In this document: one piece after another, positions 18,770 to 28,871 of the stretch
Numbering within the stretch: position 1 is the first letter of the stretch
Layout: every line of letters begins with the position of its first letter
Assembly (NCBI GenBank): GCA_902518705.1
Contig: CABYHW010000004.1
Location: 4,084 to 68,083 of the forward strand
DNA from: an uncultured Alphaproteobacteria bacterium
GTDB taxonomy: Bacteria; Pseudomonadota; Alphaproteobacteria; HIMB59; GCA-002718135
Direction: 5' to 3'
Length of the DNA: 64,000 nucleotides
Notes under the pieces: generated by a model
The model's database searches: none
What the model was told of the DNA's origin: nothing
Seen by the model: the letters and a program-made list of their open reading frames with translations, nothing else
Position numbers and translations under genes: made by a program

Positions 18770-19552
18770 TTATTTTTCTTCTGTTGGATGTCCTACACTA
18801 AAACCTTTCTTACTAATCTTTTCAATAGGTCTTGGTCTATTACTTTTCGGAGTTGGAGAGTGTATGTCTTCCCACAAAATTTTATTTTTTTGTTTTACAA
18901 AATGTATTGCATTTGTGATTACTTTTTGCACATTAATATTATGGTAAGTTGGATAAGCTTCGTGACCTGGTCGAAAATAAAATATTTGACCATTTCCTCT
19001 TCTGTATAGTAATCCAGATCTAAATGTTTCTCCTCCTTCAAACCAACTAGTAAAAAGGGTTTCATCTGGAGAAGGAACTTGAAAAGGCTCACCATACATC
19101 TCTTCCATTTCTATTTCAAAATATGGATCTAAACCCTCACAAATAGGATGCCCAGGATTGCATATCCATAATCTTTCTTTTTCTCCATATTCTCTCCAAG
19201 TTAGATTGCAATTGGTACCCATTAATCTTTTAAATATTTTAGAATGGTGTCCGGAATGTAATACTATCAAACCCATTCCCTCAAGAACTCTTCTTTGAAC
19301 CAACTCAACGGTAGAATCTAAAACCTCTTCATGGGCTTTGTGACCCCACCAAATGACAACATCACAATTGTTTAATAATTCTTCACTCAATCCATTCCCA
19401 TCTTCTTTGAGTGTAGCAGTTTTAATTTTTAAATTAATATCAGTTGATAAAAAATCTTTTATGCTGTTATGAATACCCTGAGGATAAATTTTTTTAACTT
19501 TTTCATTTTCTACTTCATGAATATTTTCATTCCAGATAATTACATTTGTCAT
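18770..19552 (-). CDS. thuA: ThuA-like (trehalose utilisation protein A family) protein
   Basis: 260 aa. VIIWNENIHE, DVVIWWGHKAHEEV, GMGLIVLHSGHHSKIFKRLMGTNCNLTWRE, EMYGEPF, FRSGLLYRRGNGQIFYFRPGHE are characteristic ThuA-family blocks. Confidence 0.8.
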   Translation of the reverse strand: MTNVIIWNENIHEVENEKVKKIYPQGIHNSIKDFLSTDINLKIKTATLKEDGNGLSEELLNNCDVVIWWGHKAHEEVLDSTVELVQRRVLEGMGLIVLHSGHHSKIFKRLMGTNCNLTWREYGEKERLWICNPGHPICEGLDPYFEIEMEEMYGEPFQVPSPDETLFTSWFEGGETFRSGLLYRRGNGQIFYFRPGHEAYPTYHNINVQKVITNAIHFVKQKNKILWEDIHSPTPKSNRPRPIEKISKKGFSVGHPTEEK

Positions 19553-19558
19553 TTTGTT

Positions 19559-20533
19559 TTATCTAACTCTTTCTCCATGAAGACGATGTCCTAATAATGC
19601 TAACAATATAATTAAACCATTAAAGAATTGTCTCCATTCACCACTCCAACCTATTGCTATTATACCAATTTCCATATAGGCAATTATTCCTACGCCAAAG
19701 ACTGCCCCAATGATCGTACCCAATCCCCCCCAGTAAGGAGTGCCGCCAACAAACACTGCCGCGAGAGCTAATAACAAATATCCAAAACCCTGAGTAGGAA
19801 AAAATGTATATGTAATCATAGTGGTAAATATTCCACCTATAGCTGCACCAACACCAACAAACATAAAAGCTTTTATTTTAACAGCATTTACATTAATACC
19901 CATTTGTTCTGCACTAACAGAATTATCTCCTACATGCTGAATATGAATACCAAAAACATGTTTGTTAAAAAAATAGTAACAAAAAATTACAAATATTGCT
20001 GCCCAAAAAATTTGCATTGGGAAGCCATAAAAATTTCCAACTAAAAGAGGGTAGATCCAGTGGTTCTCTACTTCCATAATCGTAATGGATCTGCTGTTAG
20101 ATAATAAGAGAATTACACCTCTCAATAAAAATAATACTCCAAGTGACGCAACAAGAGAGGAAAGTCTAAATACAACAATTAATGTTCCAACGAGAGCACC
20201 AATAGCTGCTCCAGTAAAAATACCAAGAACTAAACAAATAGCTGGATCAACTCCATTTTTAACAAGTAAAGCAAATATATAAGCTGCTACAGCGTAAGTA
20301 GAGGCAAAGGAAAGATCTATTTCACCAGATGCAACTAGAAAAACTAATGGTATAGTTAAAAATATCAAAGTTGGCATCATTACAAATACTGATTGATGAA
20401 GGTTAGGCCTTATCCAAGCTTCTGGTGCACCTATTAAAAAAATTACCATTAATAGAACAAAGTATCCAATGCTTCCTAAAGCCCTTCCATTTCTGTGAAA
20501 GTAATTACTTAAATATGAATTATTTTTACTCAT
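19559..20533 (-). CDS. CUT2 (ribose/fructose-type) ABC transporter permease
   Basis: 324 aa, Gly/Ala-rich polytopic protein of RbsC/AraH/FrcC type. Confidence 0.8.
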   Translation of the reverse strand: MSKNNSYLSNYFHRNGRALGSIGYFVLLMVIFLIGAPEAWIRPNLHQSVFVMMPTLIFLTIPLVFLVASGEIDLSFASTYAVAAYIFALLVKNGVDPAICLVLGIFTGAAIGALVGTLIVVFRLSSLVASLGVLFLLRGVILLLSNSRSITIMEVENHWIYPLLVGNFYGFPMQIFWAAIFVIFCYYFFNKHVFGIHIQHVGDNSVSAEQMGINVNAVKIKAFMFVGVGAAIGGIFTTMITYTFFPTQGFGYLLLALAAVFVGGTPYWGGLGTIIGAVFGVGIIAYMEIGIIAIGWSGEWRQFFNGLIILLALLGHRLHGERVR

Positions 20534-21279
20534 TAGTGTGCCTTTATTGTTTCTCGCATTATCTTCATGAGTTCTTCTGGTGTTGATACATCATTTTTAT
20601 TAAGTTGATGAACAACTTCTCCTCTATCTAAAATTACAAATCTATCCGATATATCATATACATGATAAATGTTATGACCAATAAAAAGAACTGATCTATT
20701 TGATTTTTTTACATTTAGGACAAAATCAAAAACTTTCTGTGTTTCATTAAGAGATAAGTTATTTGTTGGCTCATCAAGAACAATTAATTCTGCTTTATTA
20801 TAAATTGCTCTTGCAATTGCTACGCCTTGTCTTTCACCTCCGGATAAATTTCCAACAGGAGATTCAGCATTAATTAATTTTGATGTAAAACCTATTTCTC
20901 TTATTAATCTATTTGCTTCAAAAATTTGTTCTTTTTCTTTTATAAAACCAAATGGGTATCGAAGTTCCTTACCCATAAAAATATTTTTAACTATCGATTG
21001 TTGTGGAGTTAAAGCTCTATCTTGAAAAACAGTTTCTATACCAGACTCTCTAGCCTTGAGGGCATTCCAAGCGTTTACTTTTTTTCCTCTTATTAGTATA
21101 TCACCTTCGTCAGGACTATATACACCTACTAGTGTTTTAATTAATGTTGATTTACCTGCACCATTATCACCAATTAAACCTACCACTTCACCCCTGGTTA
21201 CTTTTAATGATGCTTTGTTTAGAGCAGTAATACCGCCAAACCTTTTTGTAACATTATCTAATTCAATGATATTTTCCAT
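20533..21279 (-). CDS. ABC transporter ATP-binding protein, single cassette (FrcA-like)
   Basis: 248 aa. Walker A GDNGAGKST, signature LSGGERQ, Walker B LIVLDEPT, GHNI. It is half the size of the usual duplicated CUT2 ATPases. Confidence 0.85.
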   Translation of the reverse strand: MENIIELDNVTKRFGGITALNKASLKVTRGEVVGLIGDNGAGKSTLIKTLVGVYSPDEGDILIRGKKVNAWNALKARESGIETVFQDRALTPQQSIVKNIFMGKELRYPFGFIKEKEQIFEANRLIREIGFTSKLINAESPVGNLSGGERQGVAIARAIYNKAELIVLDEPTNNLSLNETQKVFDFVLNVKKSNRSVLFIGHNIYHVYDISDRFVILDRGEVVHQLNKNDVSTPEELMKIMRETIKAH

Positions 21280-21291
21280 AAAATTTGAAAT

Positions 21292-21315
21292 GCTAACCCA
21301 TTAAAATGGGTTAGC
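21292..21315 (-). terminator. Stem-loop between binding-protein and ATPase genes (attenuator)
   Basis: gctaaccca-ttaaaa-tgggttagc, a perfect 9-bp stem 12 nt after the binding-protein stop. Confidence 0.5.
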
Positions 21316-21326
21316 AATATATTTAC

Positions 21327-22322
21327 CTATCTTAAGCCTGCATCAGCAAGAGCTTTAACAGCTTGATAATTATTTGTATCAACAAATCCTGCACCAGTAT
21401 CTTGGTTTATTGCACCAGTACCAAGTACAGCTGTTTGACAAAGTGACAATACTGGAAGATACCCTTGAAGAAAAGGTTGTTGATCAGATGTTAGATGAAC
21501 ATATCCTTTTTCAAACGCCGACATAATTTGTGGACTTGTATCAAATCCAATTTGAAGTAACTCATCTGGTCCATAACCAGCAGCTTTGGCAATACCTTCC
21601 GCAACATTCATTACATCACTACCAGAGTGAACAATTACTTTTGTTTCAGGATTGGCATTTAACGCTGCTGAGAAAACTGGGATAGTCATATTTGGATCTG
21701 AAGCATAAGCTGGTTGTCCATCAAGAACAGTAACTGTCATTCCGTGTTCTTCAAATATGATTCTTGCACCATCTTCTCTTTGAGCTCTAGCGTAATCTCC
21801 AATAGGAACCATTACTATAGCGTGATCTCCAGCTTTGAAACCAAATTGCCTAATTGCTTCTCTTGCAAGAGCTTTACCTTGAGTTGCTAAATTTGCTCCT
21901 ACGTATCCGCCACCAAATTTTGCTCTTACACCTGATGGATCAACGTTTTGATATGTCATTAGAATACCCTTTTCAGCGGCTTGTTTTGCTAAAGGCATTA
22001 GAGCTTCATCTCCTGGATGTCCCATCATTGCAATAGCATCAACACCAAGTCCAACTGATTCTCTAAGTTGACGGACCATTTTTTCAAAATCCCATTCTGA
22101 GTATATAATTTCGGCGTCAGCTCCAGTATCTCTAATAGCATTCATAGCTCCTGCTGCAACTATTCCAGCAAAACCTCCTGCTTCAGGACCACCTGCATAG
22201 AAATGCATTTTTACATCTGAGCACCATTTATCACCTAGGTCTTGTCCAGTTGGAGCAGCATAAGCTTGCATAGAAACTGGAAAAAGAAATAAAGTAATAA
22301 GAAGTAATTTAATAATTTTCAT
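21327..22322 (-). CDS. Periplasmic sugar-binding protein (RbsB/LacI-type fold, CUT2)
   Basis: ORF 21327-22334. Preferred ATG at 22322 behind GGGAGG (complement of 22327-22332). Signal peptide MKIIKLLLITLFLFPVSMQAYA. Ala/Gly-rich type I PBP pattern. Confidence 0.8.
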   Translation of the reverse strand: MKIIKLLLITLFLFPVSMQAYAAPTGQDLGDKWCSDVKMHFYAGGPEAGGFAGIVAAGAMNAIRDTGADAEIIYSEWDFEKMVRQLRESVGLGVDAIAMMGHPGDEALMPLAKQAAEKGILMTYQNVDPSGVRAKFGGGYVGANLATQGKALAREAIRQFGFKAGDHAIVMVPIGDYARAQREDGARIIFEEHGMTVTVLDGQPAYASDPNMTIPVFSAALNANPETKVIVHSGSDVMNVAEGIAKAAGYGPDELLQIGFDTSPQIMSAFEKGYVHLTSDQQPFLQGYLPVLSLCQTAVLGTGAINQDTGAGFVDTNNYQAVKALADAGLR

Positions 22323-22403
22323 ATTTCCTCCCACGGATTTATTTTTAACATTAATATTAAATAATAATAATAAAGTTTAACAAAAATAACTTGTAAATGT
22401 CAA

Positions 22404-23840
22404 CTAGTAGAGTCTTTTACTTATACGCTTAGTTTGTCCATGACTATAGACACCATCAACCCCACCATCTCTTCCATAACCAGATCTTTTGTAACCCCCT
22501 CCAGGTAGGTTGGTTCCATCAACAGCCCAGTCATTATGCCATATAATTCCGGCTTGAATTCTATCAGCTGTCCATCTCGCTTTTTGATCATCTGCAGTAA
22601 ATACACCCGAAGCTAGACCATATTTCGTTGAGTTTGCTATACTTATTGCTTCTTCTTCATCTTCAAAATCAAATATTGATGTAACTGGACCAAATATTTC
22701 TTCTTGTGCAATTGTTGCATCAATTTTTACATTGTCAAAAATCGTTGGTTTGTAGAAATTACCATCTTCTCTTTCAGCCTTTTCTCCACCTATGGCTATA
22801 GTTGCTCCTGATTGTACTCCAGATTTTACATAATTTGAGACTCTTTGCATTTGATCTTTTGAAATAAGTGGTGTTACCTGAGTATCTTTTTCATCACCTG
22901 CACCAACTTTTAATTTTTGAGTTTTTGCCACTAGCTTTGTCATATACTCATCCTTAATTTTTGGATGCAGTAATACTCTAGACATCGCTACACAAATTTG
23001 ACCAGCATTAGGTTTAAAAACTCCTCTTAAAGTACTGTCTACAGCTTTATCAATATCGGCATCAGGATAGATTATAGCTGCAGACTTTCCGCCTAATTCA
23101 AAATGAGTAGGAATAATTCTATCTGCTGTTTCTTTTAGAATTTCAGATGCAACTTCAGGCGATCCTGTAAAAACAATATAATCACTTCCAGGATGTTGAA
23201 CTAGTTTTCGACCAGTTGTTTCACCATAACCATGAACAATATTTATAATTCCATCTGGCACGCCTACATCTTTAAAAATTTGACCATAAAAATTAGATGA
23301 TATGGGACACAATTCAGGAGGTTTGATAACTATTGTATTTCCAACAATCCAGTTTTGTGCAACCATACCTGAAAAAATAGAAACAGGATAGTTCCACGGA
23401 ACAATTTGAAGAGCTACTCCAAAAGGCTCAAGTACAACATAATTTAAAGTATCATGTCCTGAAGGTATAAGTTTATTTTCTATTTTATCTGTTAGCCCAG
23501 CATAAAAATCAAAAGTATCAGCAGCACCTTTAAATTCATCTATACATTGTTTGATTGTTTTACCATTTTCTTGACTTAAAAGTTTACCACCTTCATTTTT
23601 TCGTTCCCTTAATTTTTGAGCAATTGCTCTCATCATATTTGATTTATTTTTTGCATCCATGTCTACTAAAATTCTTTTATCAAAAGCTCTTTTTGCTGCT
23701 TGGAAGGCTAAATCTATTTCTTCATCAAGAGCTTCATCGATATTTCCTACGATTTTTTGATTTGCTGGATTTAAAACAGGAATATTTTTTTTTGATATTG
23801 AATCAATAAAATTACCATCGATAAAATTTCTTAACTCCAT
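22404..23840 (-). CDS. NAD(P)-dependent aldehyde dehydrogenase
   Basis: 478 aa. Catalytic Glu context FELGGKSA, catalytic Cys context AGQICVAMSR, plus EEIFGPV. Confidence 0.9.
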   Translation of the reverse strand: MELRNFIDGNFIDSISKKNIPVLNPANQKIVGNIDEALDEEIDLAFQAAKRAFDKRILVDMDAKNKSNMMRAIAQKLRERKNEGGKLLSQENGKTIKQCIDEFKGAADTFDFYAGLTDKIENKLIPSGHDTLNYVVLEPFGVALQIVPWNYPVSIFSGMVAQNWIVGNTIVIKPPELCPISSNFYGQIFKDVGVPDGIINIVHGYGETTGRKLVQHPGSDYIVFTGSPEVASEILKETADRIIPTHFELGGKSAAIIYPDADIDKAVDSTLRGVFKPNAGQICVAMSRVLLHPKIKDEYMTKLVAKTQKLKVGAGDEKDTQVTPLISKDQMQRVSNYVKSGVQSGATIAIGGEKAEREDGNFYKPTIFDNVKIDATIAQEEIFGPVTSIFDFEDEEEAISIANSTKYGLASGVFTADDQKARWTADRIQAGIIWHNDWAVDGTNLPGGGYKRSGYGRDGGVDGVYSHGQTKRISKRLY

Positions 23841-23885
23841 ATAAATTATAAATAAAACTAAAGTTTAGGAAGTGTCAAGTATAGT

Positions 23886-24899
23886 TTAATTATTTGGAAC
23901 TTGAACTGGTATATAATAATCAGGATTTTTTGATTTTTTAATAACAGCTGGAATTATATCTTTATATGCAGAGTATAATGTTTGTGGTTCTGGTAACTGA
24001 TCTTTTATTACTTCATACAATTTAGGAAGATTATAAGATGGGACCATTGGAAACATATGGTGCTCGATATGATATTCCATTTTCCAATATATAAAACTAA
24101 ATACTGGGTTCAATCTTATAGACCTAGTAGATAGGCGATGATCTTTAGTATTTTCTTGCAAACCCATATGTTGAGTAATGCCCCAAATGCCATTAAAAGT
24201 TGCAAAAAATTTTGGAACTAAAAATAATAGTATTGGCAGTAATGAGCTAAAGTAAATTGAAGAAGCAATTATTGATATCCAAAGAAAAACAAAAAATCTT
24301 GAACTATTAATACAATCTTGAATTTTATCTTGAGGTATACAATCTCTCATTACATCTGTTTTAATTCCAAGAGCATGTTTGATAATTTCGATATATAATG
24401 ATTTATGTATAGTAAAAAATCCAATACCTGGGATAAAATTAATTAAAAAACTTAAAAGTGTGTGTTTAGAAAAAATACTTCCATCAGCTTCGTAATCGTG
24501 AGGGTCAACTGAGGCGGTATAACTATGATGTAGAGAATGACTCCATCTCCATCTAACAGGTTCAAAATTATTCATAAAGCTTGCAATATGATAAAAGAAA
24601 TCATTTAACTTTCGTGTTTTAAAAGCTGTTCTATGGCCACACTCATGCCAAATAGCATCAGCGCCACCCCAAAACATACAATACATAATATAGAATGGTA
24701 CAAACCACCAAGTCTGCCAGAAGTAAGCTGAAAGTATGCCAAGTCCAGTTAGAGATAATGTAAATATTATAATATGCTTCCACCCCTCATAATCTGTTCT
24801 TTTAGAGAGTTTTTTTAGAGTTTTCCGATCTATGTTTGCCCTAAACCACTCGTTTGATATGTTATTAATGCCTGTTTTTATTTTTTTATCATTTGACAT
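23886..24899 (-). CDS. Membrane di-iron oxygenase of the fatty-acid desaturase/hydroxylase superfamily (paralogue B)
   Basis: 337 aa. His boxes HECGH, HSLHH, HIEHH. Blocks shared with paralogue A: IWHECGHRTAFK, VMRDCIPQ, RLNPxFSFxYWxMEYHxEHHMFPxVPSYNLPKL. Confidence 0.8.
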   Translation of the reverse strand: MSNDKKIKTGINNISNEWFRANIDRKTLKKLSKRTDYEGWKHIIIFTLSLTGLGILSAYFWQTWWFVPFYIMYCMFWGGADAIWHECGHRTAFKTRKLNDFFYHIASFMNNFEPVRWRWSHSLHHSYTASVDPHDYEADGSIFSKHTLLSFLINFIPGIGFFTIHKSLYIEIIKHALGIKTDVMRDCIPQDKIQDCINSSRFFVFLWISIIASSIYFSSLLPILLFLVPKFFATFNGIWGITQHMGLQENTKDHRLSTRSIRLNPVFSFIYWKMEYHIEHHMFPMVPSYNLPKLYEVIKDQLPEPQTLYSAYKDIIPAVIKKSKNPDYYIPVQVPNN

Positions 24900-25015
24900 A
24901 TTTTCTTTATAATTAATAAAAAATTAATATTTTTCCAGTAATTTTCTTAATATTATTTTATAACAAACAAGCAATATTTAGTTTAATTAGCAAAATAATA
25001 GAAAAATCTTAAAAA

Positions 25016-26311
25016 ATGAATCTTACTATAGTTGGTACCGGTTATGTTGGGTTGGTAACAGGAGCATGCTTTGCCGAATTTGGTTATTCTGTAACATGTG
25101 TAGACAAAGATATTAAACGCCTTGAAATGCTTAAATCAGGAAAGTGCCCATTTTTTGAACCAGGCATGGATGAACTTTTAGACAAGCATATAAATAAAAC
25201 AAAATTAATATCTTTTGAATCAAATATTAAAAATAACTTAGATAATACAGATATAATTTTTATTACTGTAGGAACTCCAACAAGAAGATTAGAGGATGAG
25301 GCTGATTTAAGTTTTGTATGGCAAGTTGCTGAAGAAATTTCTGATAACATAAAAAAATATTGTTTAGTTGTTACTAAGTCTACTGTTCCAGTTGGTACTA
25401 CTAAGGAGGTTAAAAAAATTATTTCAAATAAAATAGATCAAAAACTTTTTGATGTCGTATCCAATCCAGAATTTCTTCGAGAGGGATCTGCAATCAATGA
25501 TTTTATCAGGCCAGATAGAATAGTTATAGGAACAGAAAATAAAAAATCTGAAAATATAATGAGAGAACTTTATAGACCATTATTTCTTAAAGAAACACCA
25601 ATTGTAGCAACATCTATCGAAACTTCAGAGATAATTAAATATGCATCAAATAGTTTTCTAGCTACAAAAATAGCTTTCATTAATGAAGTTGCCGATTTAT
25701 GTGAAGTTGTTGGTGCTGATGTTCAGCAAGTTGCTTATGCAATGGGTATAGACAAAAGAATTGGATCTAAATTTTTGAATGCTGGACCAGGATTTGGTGG
25801 TTCATGTTTTCCAAAAGATGTTAAGGCTTTTGCTTCAACTGCTAAAAACAAAAATATTGATTTATCAATCATTAATGCAGTTAATAAATCTAACCAAGAT
25901 CGTATAATAAAAATTTCAGATAAAATAGTTTCAAATATTGAGAATAAATCTACTATTTGTTTTCTTGGTTTAAGCTTCAAGCCCAACACTGATGATGTTA
26001 GGGATTCTACTTCCATGAAAATTGCATCTAACCTATTTGAAAAGGGATATAATGTTCAATGTTATGATCCTGAAGCAATGAATAATGCAAAAAAAGAAAA
26101 TTCAAATCTTATATATTTTAATTCTGCTTATGAGGCTTGTGAAGGAGCATCTGCAATTATTATTGGAACAGAATGGAATGAATTTAGGGCATTAAATTTC
26201 AAAAAAATATCAAAAATCTTAAAAGAAAAAATAATTTTTGATCTTAGAAATATATATATTCCAGAAGATTTAAAAGATTTGGGATTTAATTACTATGGCA
26301 CTGGAAAATAA
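25016..26311 (+). CDS. ugd: UDP-glucose 6-dehydrogenase
   Basis: 431 aa. TIVGTGYVGLVTGACFA Rossmann fold, NPEFLREGSA, catalytic Cys in GFGGSCFPKD. Confidence 0.9.
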   Translation: MNLTIVGTGYVGLVTGACFAEFGYSVTCVDKDIKRLEMLKSGKCPFFEPGMDELLDKHINKTKLISFESNIKNNLDNTDIIFITVGTPTRRLEDEADLSFVWQVAEEISDNIKKYCLVVTKSTVPVGTTKEVKKIISNKIDQKLFDVVSNPEFLREGSAINDFIRPDRIVIGTENKKSENIMRELYRPLFLKETPIVATSIETSEIIKYASNSFLATKIAFINEVADLCEVVGADVQQVAYAMGIDKRIGSKFLNAGPGFGGSCFPKDVKAFASTAKNKNIDLSIINAVNKSNQDRIIKISDKIVSNIENKSTICFLGLSFKPNTDDVRDSTSMKIASNLFEKGYNVQCYDPEAMNNAKKENSNLIYFNSAYEACEGASAIIIGTEWNEFRALNFKKISKILKEKIIFDLRNIYIPEDLKDLGFNYYGTGK

Positions 26312-27701
26312 ATTGAAGATTGAAAGTTTTGATAAAGAGGTCTTAAGAGAGTACGACATCAGAGGAGTAGTTGGAAATAATATTAATCAAAATACAGCCT
26401 ATACAATTGGTAGAACGTTTGGATACACTGTAAGTAATAGATTAAAATCTAATGTAATAGCTACTGGCTATGATGGAAGATTAACATCACCAGATTTACA
26501 CCAAGCTCTTTGTGAAGGATTAAAAGACTCTGGAGCAAAAGTTATTAATATTGGTATGGGGCCAACCCCTATGACTTATTTTGCTCATTATCATCTCGAA
26601 GCGGATGCTGTTATAATGGTTACAGGGTCTCACAATCCTTCGGAATACAATGGCTTTAAAATGGTCTTAAATAAGCATTCTTTTTATGCCGAAGACATCC
26701 AAAGCCTTCAAAAATTAATTGATCAGAATAATTTAAAATTAACAGAAGGAGAGATTATTAATAAAGATATTAAAAAGGAATACATCAATAGATTATTACA
26801 AAATATTAATCTCAATAAAAAAATAAAAATTGCTTGGGATATTGGAAATGGAGCAATGGGATCAGTTATTAAAGAAATTACTGATAATTTAAATAATTCT
26901 GAAAACATTTTGATTAATGAAAAAGTTGATGGCAATTTTCCAAATCATCACCCGGACCCTACGGTTCCAGAGAATATGGAGCAATTAATAAAAGTAGTTA
27001 AAGAAAACCAATGCGACATAGGTCTTGCCTTTGATGGAGATGGAGATCGTTTAGGTGTTGTAGATAATGTAGGTAATTTAGTTTGGGCAGATCAATACAT
27101 GTTATTACTATGCACGGAAATTGCAAAATTACATGATAATCCAAAAATAATTATGGATGTTAAATGTAGTAAAGTATTTTTTGATGAAGCAAAAAAACTG
27201 AATTGTGATCCTATAATGTCTAAAACTGGCCATTCACCTATAAAAGAAAAAATGAAAGAATTGAACTCTCCTTTATCAGGTGAAATGAGTGGTCACGTTT
27301 GTTACGCTGATGATTTTTATGGTTATGATGATGCTATGTACGTAGCATTGCGACTACTTAGAATACTATGTAATCAAGAAAAGTCCCTAAATGAATTAAT
27401 AAATATTTATCCAAAAACATTTTCAACACCAGAAACAAGATTTGATGTTGATGAAACAAAAAAATTTTTAATTATTGACGAAATTAAAGACAGAATAAAA
27501 AATACAGATGGTAAAATAATTGACATTGATGGCATAAGAGTTGAAAATAATAATGGATGGTTTCTAATGAGAGCTAGTAACACTCAAAACCAATTAACAT
27601 GTAGAGCAGAGTCAACCTCTCAAGAAGGTCTTAAGTATCTAATTGAAATTATCGAAAATCAATTATCATTAAGTGGTGTAAATTATAAATTTACAATCTA
27701 A
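26295..27701 (+). CDS. Phosphomannomutase/phosphoglucomutase
   Basis: 468 aa. Active-site loop VTGSHNPSEYNGFK, Mg loop FDGDGDRLGV, sugar loop GEMSGH. 17-nt overlap with ugd. Confidence 0.9.
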   Translation: MALENKLKIESFDKEVLREYDIRGVVGNNINQNTAYTIGRTFGYTVSNRLKSNVIATGYDGRLTSPDLHQALCEGLKDSGAKVINIGMGPTPMTYFAHYHLEADAVIMVTGSHNPSEYNGFKMVLNKHSFYAEDIQSLQKLIDQNNLKLTEGEIINKDIKKEYINRLLQNINLNKKIKIAWDIGNGAMGSVIKEITDNLNNSENILINEKVDGNFPNHHPDPTVPENMEQLIKVVKENQCDIGLAFDGDGDRLGVVDNVGNLVWADQYMLLLCTEIAKLHDNPKIIMDVKCSKVFFDEAKKLNCDPIMSKTGHSPIKEKMKELNSPLSGEMSGHVCYADDFYGYDDAMYVALRLLRILCNQEKSLNELINIYPKTFSTPETRFDVDETKKFLIIDEIKDRIKNTDGKIIDIDGIRVENNNGWFLMRASNTQNQLTCRAESTSQEGLKYLIEIIENQLSLSGVNYKFTI

Positions 27702-28788
27702 CAAAACAATCTCGGTTATATTTTTTTAGTCTTTTACAAGCTGTATATGCTTCTTTTTTAGAAAAATTTTCAAATCTAGATTCATAAAGTTGTTTGCCGC
27801 TAACTCTTATAAGAACGACATTTGAAATTTTATCTTTTGTAGAAATTGGATATTTACTTTTTATTAATTTAATTTGTTTTTCAGCATTATTTCTATATTT
27901 AAATGTTCCAACAACAATTGAGTAATTATTTTCTTTAACCTCTTTTACTTCCTTTTTTACAATTTCTTTTTTATTATCATTTGTTTTTATATTTAATTCA
28001 GCAAATTCTTTATCCATAATAATTTTAAGAGATTTATTTCTTTGGCTCCCAGTGTCACCTCCAAAGATTATACCAATGAGTCTTTTATTGTCTCTTACAG
28101 CTGAAAAAGCTAATTGAAAACCAGATGCCTTTATATACCCCGTTTTAATTCCATCCGCACCTTCATAACTTAACATTAATTTATTATGAGTTTTGTAAGT
28201 TTTACCTTTGTAAGCAAACTTTGTATTACTGAACAATTTGTATTCATTTGGAAAATTTGTAATAAGCTTATGACATAGTTTTGAAATATCTCTTGCAGTT
28301 GTTAATTGAGCTCTATTAGGAAGACCAGATGCGTTTTTAAATGTTGTGTTTTTCATACCTAGATTTTTTGCATAGCTTGTCATAAGTTTTGCAAATTCTT
28401 TCTCACTACCAGAAATATTTTCTGCTACTACTGTAGCCACATCATTTGCTGATTTAATTATAAGCGCATTAACTGCATCTCTTACTTTAATACTTGAACC
28501 TTCTTCTAAATATAATTTGCTTGGTGATCTTGATGCTGCAACACTTGATACACTCAATTGACTATCGAAGCTTAGATTTCCTTTTTTAATGTAATCAAAT
28601 ACAATGTATAAAGTCATTATTTTTGTAAGGGATGCTGGATAATTTCTAGTATCAGCATTGACTTCAAATAAAACTTCTTGGGTATCAAAATCGATTACTA
28701 TAGCTGCTTTTTTAGCTAATATATTTGATGAAAAACTTATTATGAAAAAACTATTTAAAATTATGATTAATAATAAATTTTTTTTCAT
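27691..28788 (-). CDS. D-alanyl-D-alanine carboxypeptidase (S11, PBP5/6-like) with C-terminal SPOR-like domain
   Basis: 365 aa. Signal peptide, SxxK (ASLTK), SxN (SAN), KTG (IKTGY). The C-terminal ~75 aa (YSIVVGTFKYRNNAEKQ...CFVRL) looks like a SPOR repeat. Confidence 0.85.
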   Translation of the reverse strand: MKKNLLLIIILNSFFIISFSSNILAKKAAIVIDFDTQEVLFEVNADTRNYPASLTKIMTLYIVFDYIKKGNLSFDSQLSVSSVAASRSPSKLYLEEGSSIKVRDAVNALIIKSANDVATVVAENISGSEKEFAKLMTSYAKNLGMKNTTFKNASGLPNRAQLTTARDISKLCHKLITNFPNEYKLFSNTKFAYKGKTYKTHNKLMLSYEGADGIKTGYIKASGFQLAFSAVRDNKRLIGIIFGGDTGSQRNKSLKIIMDKEFAELNIKTNDNKKEIVKKEVKEVKENNYSIVVGTFKYRNNAEKQIKLIKSKYPISTKDKISNVVLIRVSGKQLYESRFENFSKKEAYTACKRLKKYNRDCFVRL

Positions 28789-28871
28789 TTTTCTTTGATT
28801 AACATAAGATTTTCGATGCTTTCAAACATAAAAATACTTTAAAATATTTCAAAACATATTATTTAATAAAT

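Noticed and set aside
18707-19009. Two overlapping plus-strand ORFs (18707-19009 and 18729-18947) across the ThuA / Gfo-Idh-MocA junction.
   Set aside because: They are antisense to two well-supported genes. The hydrophobic-looking translation is an artefact of reading AT-rich coding sequence on the opposite strand.
22361-22376. Short AAT/ATA runs upstream of the RbsB-type binding-protein gene, and poly-Asn/poly-Lys codon runs (e.g. 28885-28905, 55541-55563).
   Set aside because: These are simple low-complexity consequences of the extreme AT content. Copy numbers are too low to call microsatellites of interest.
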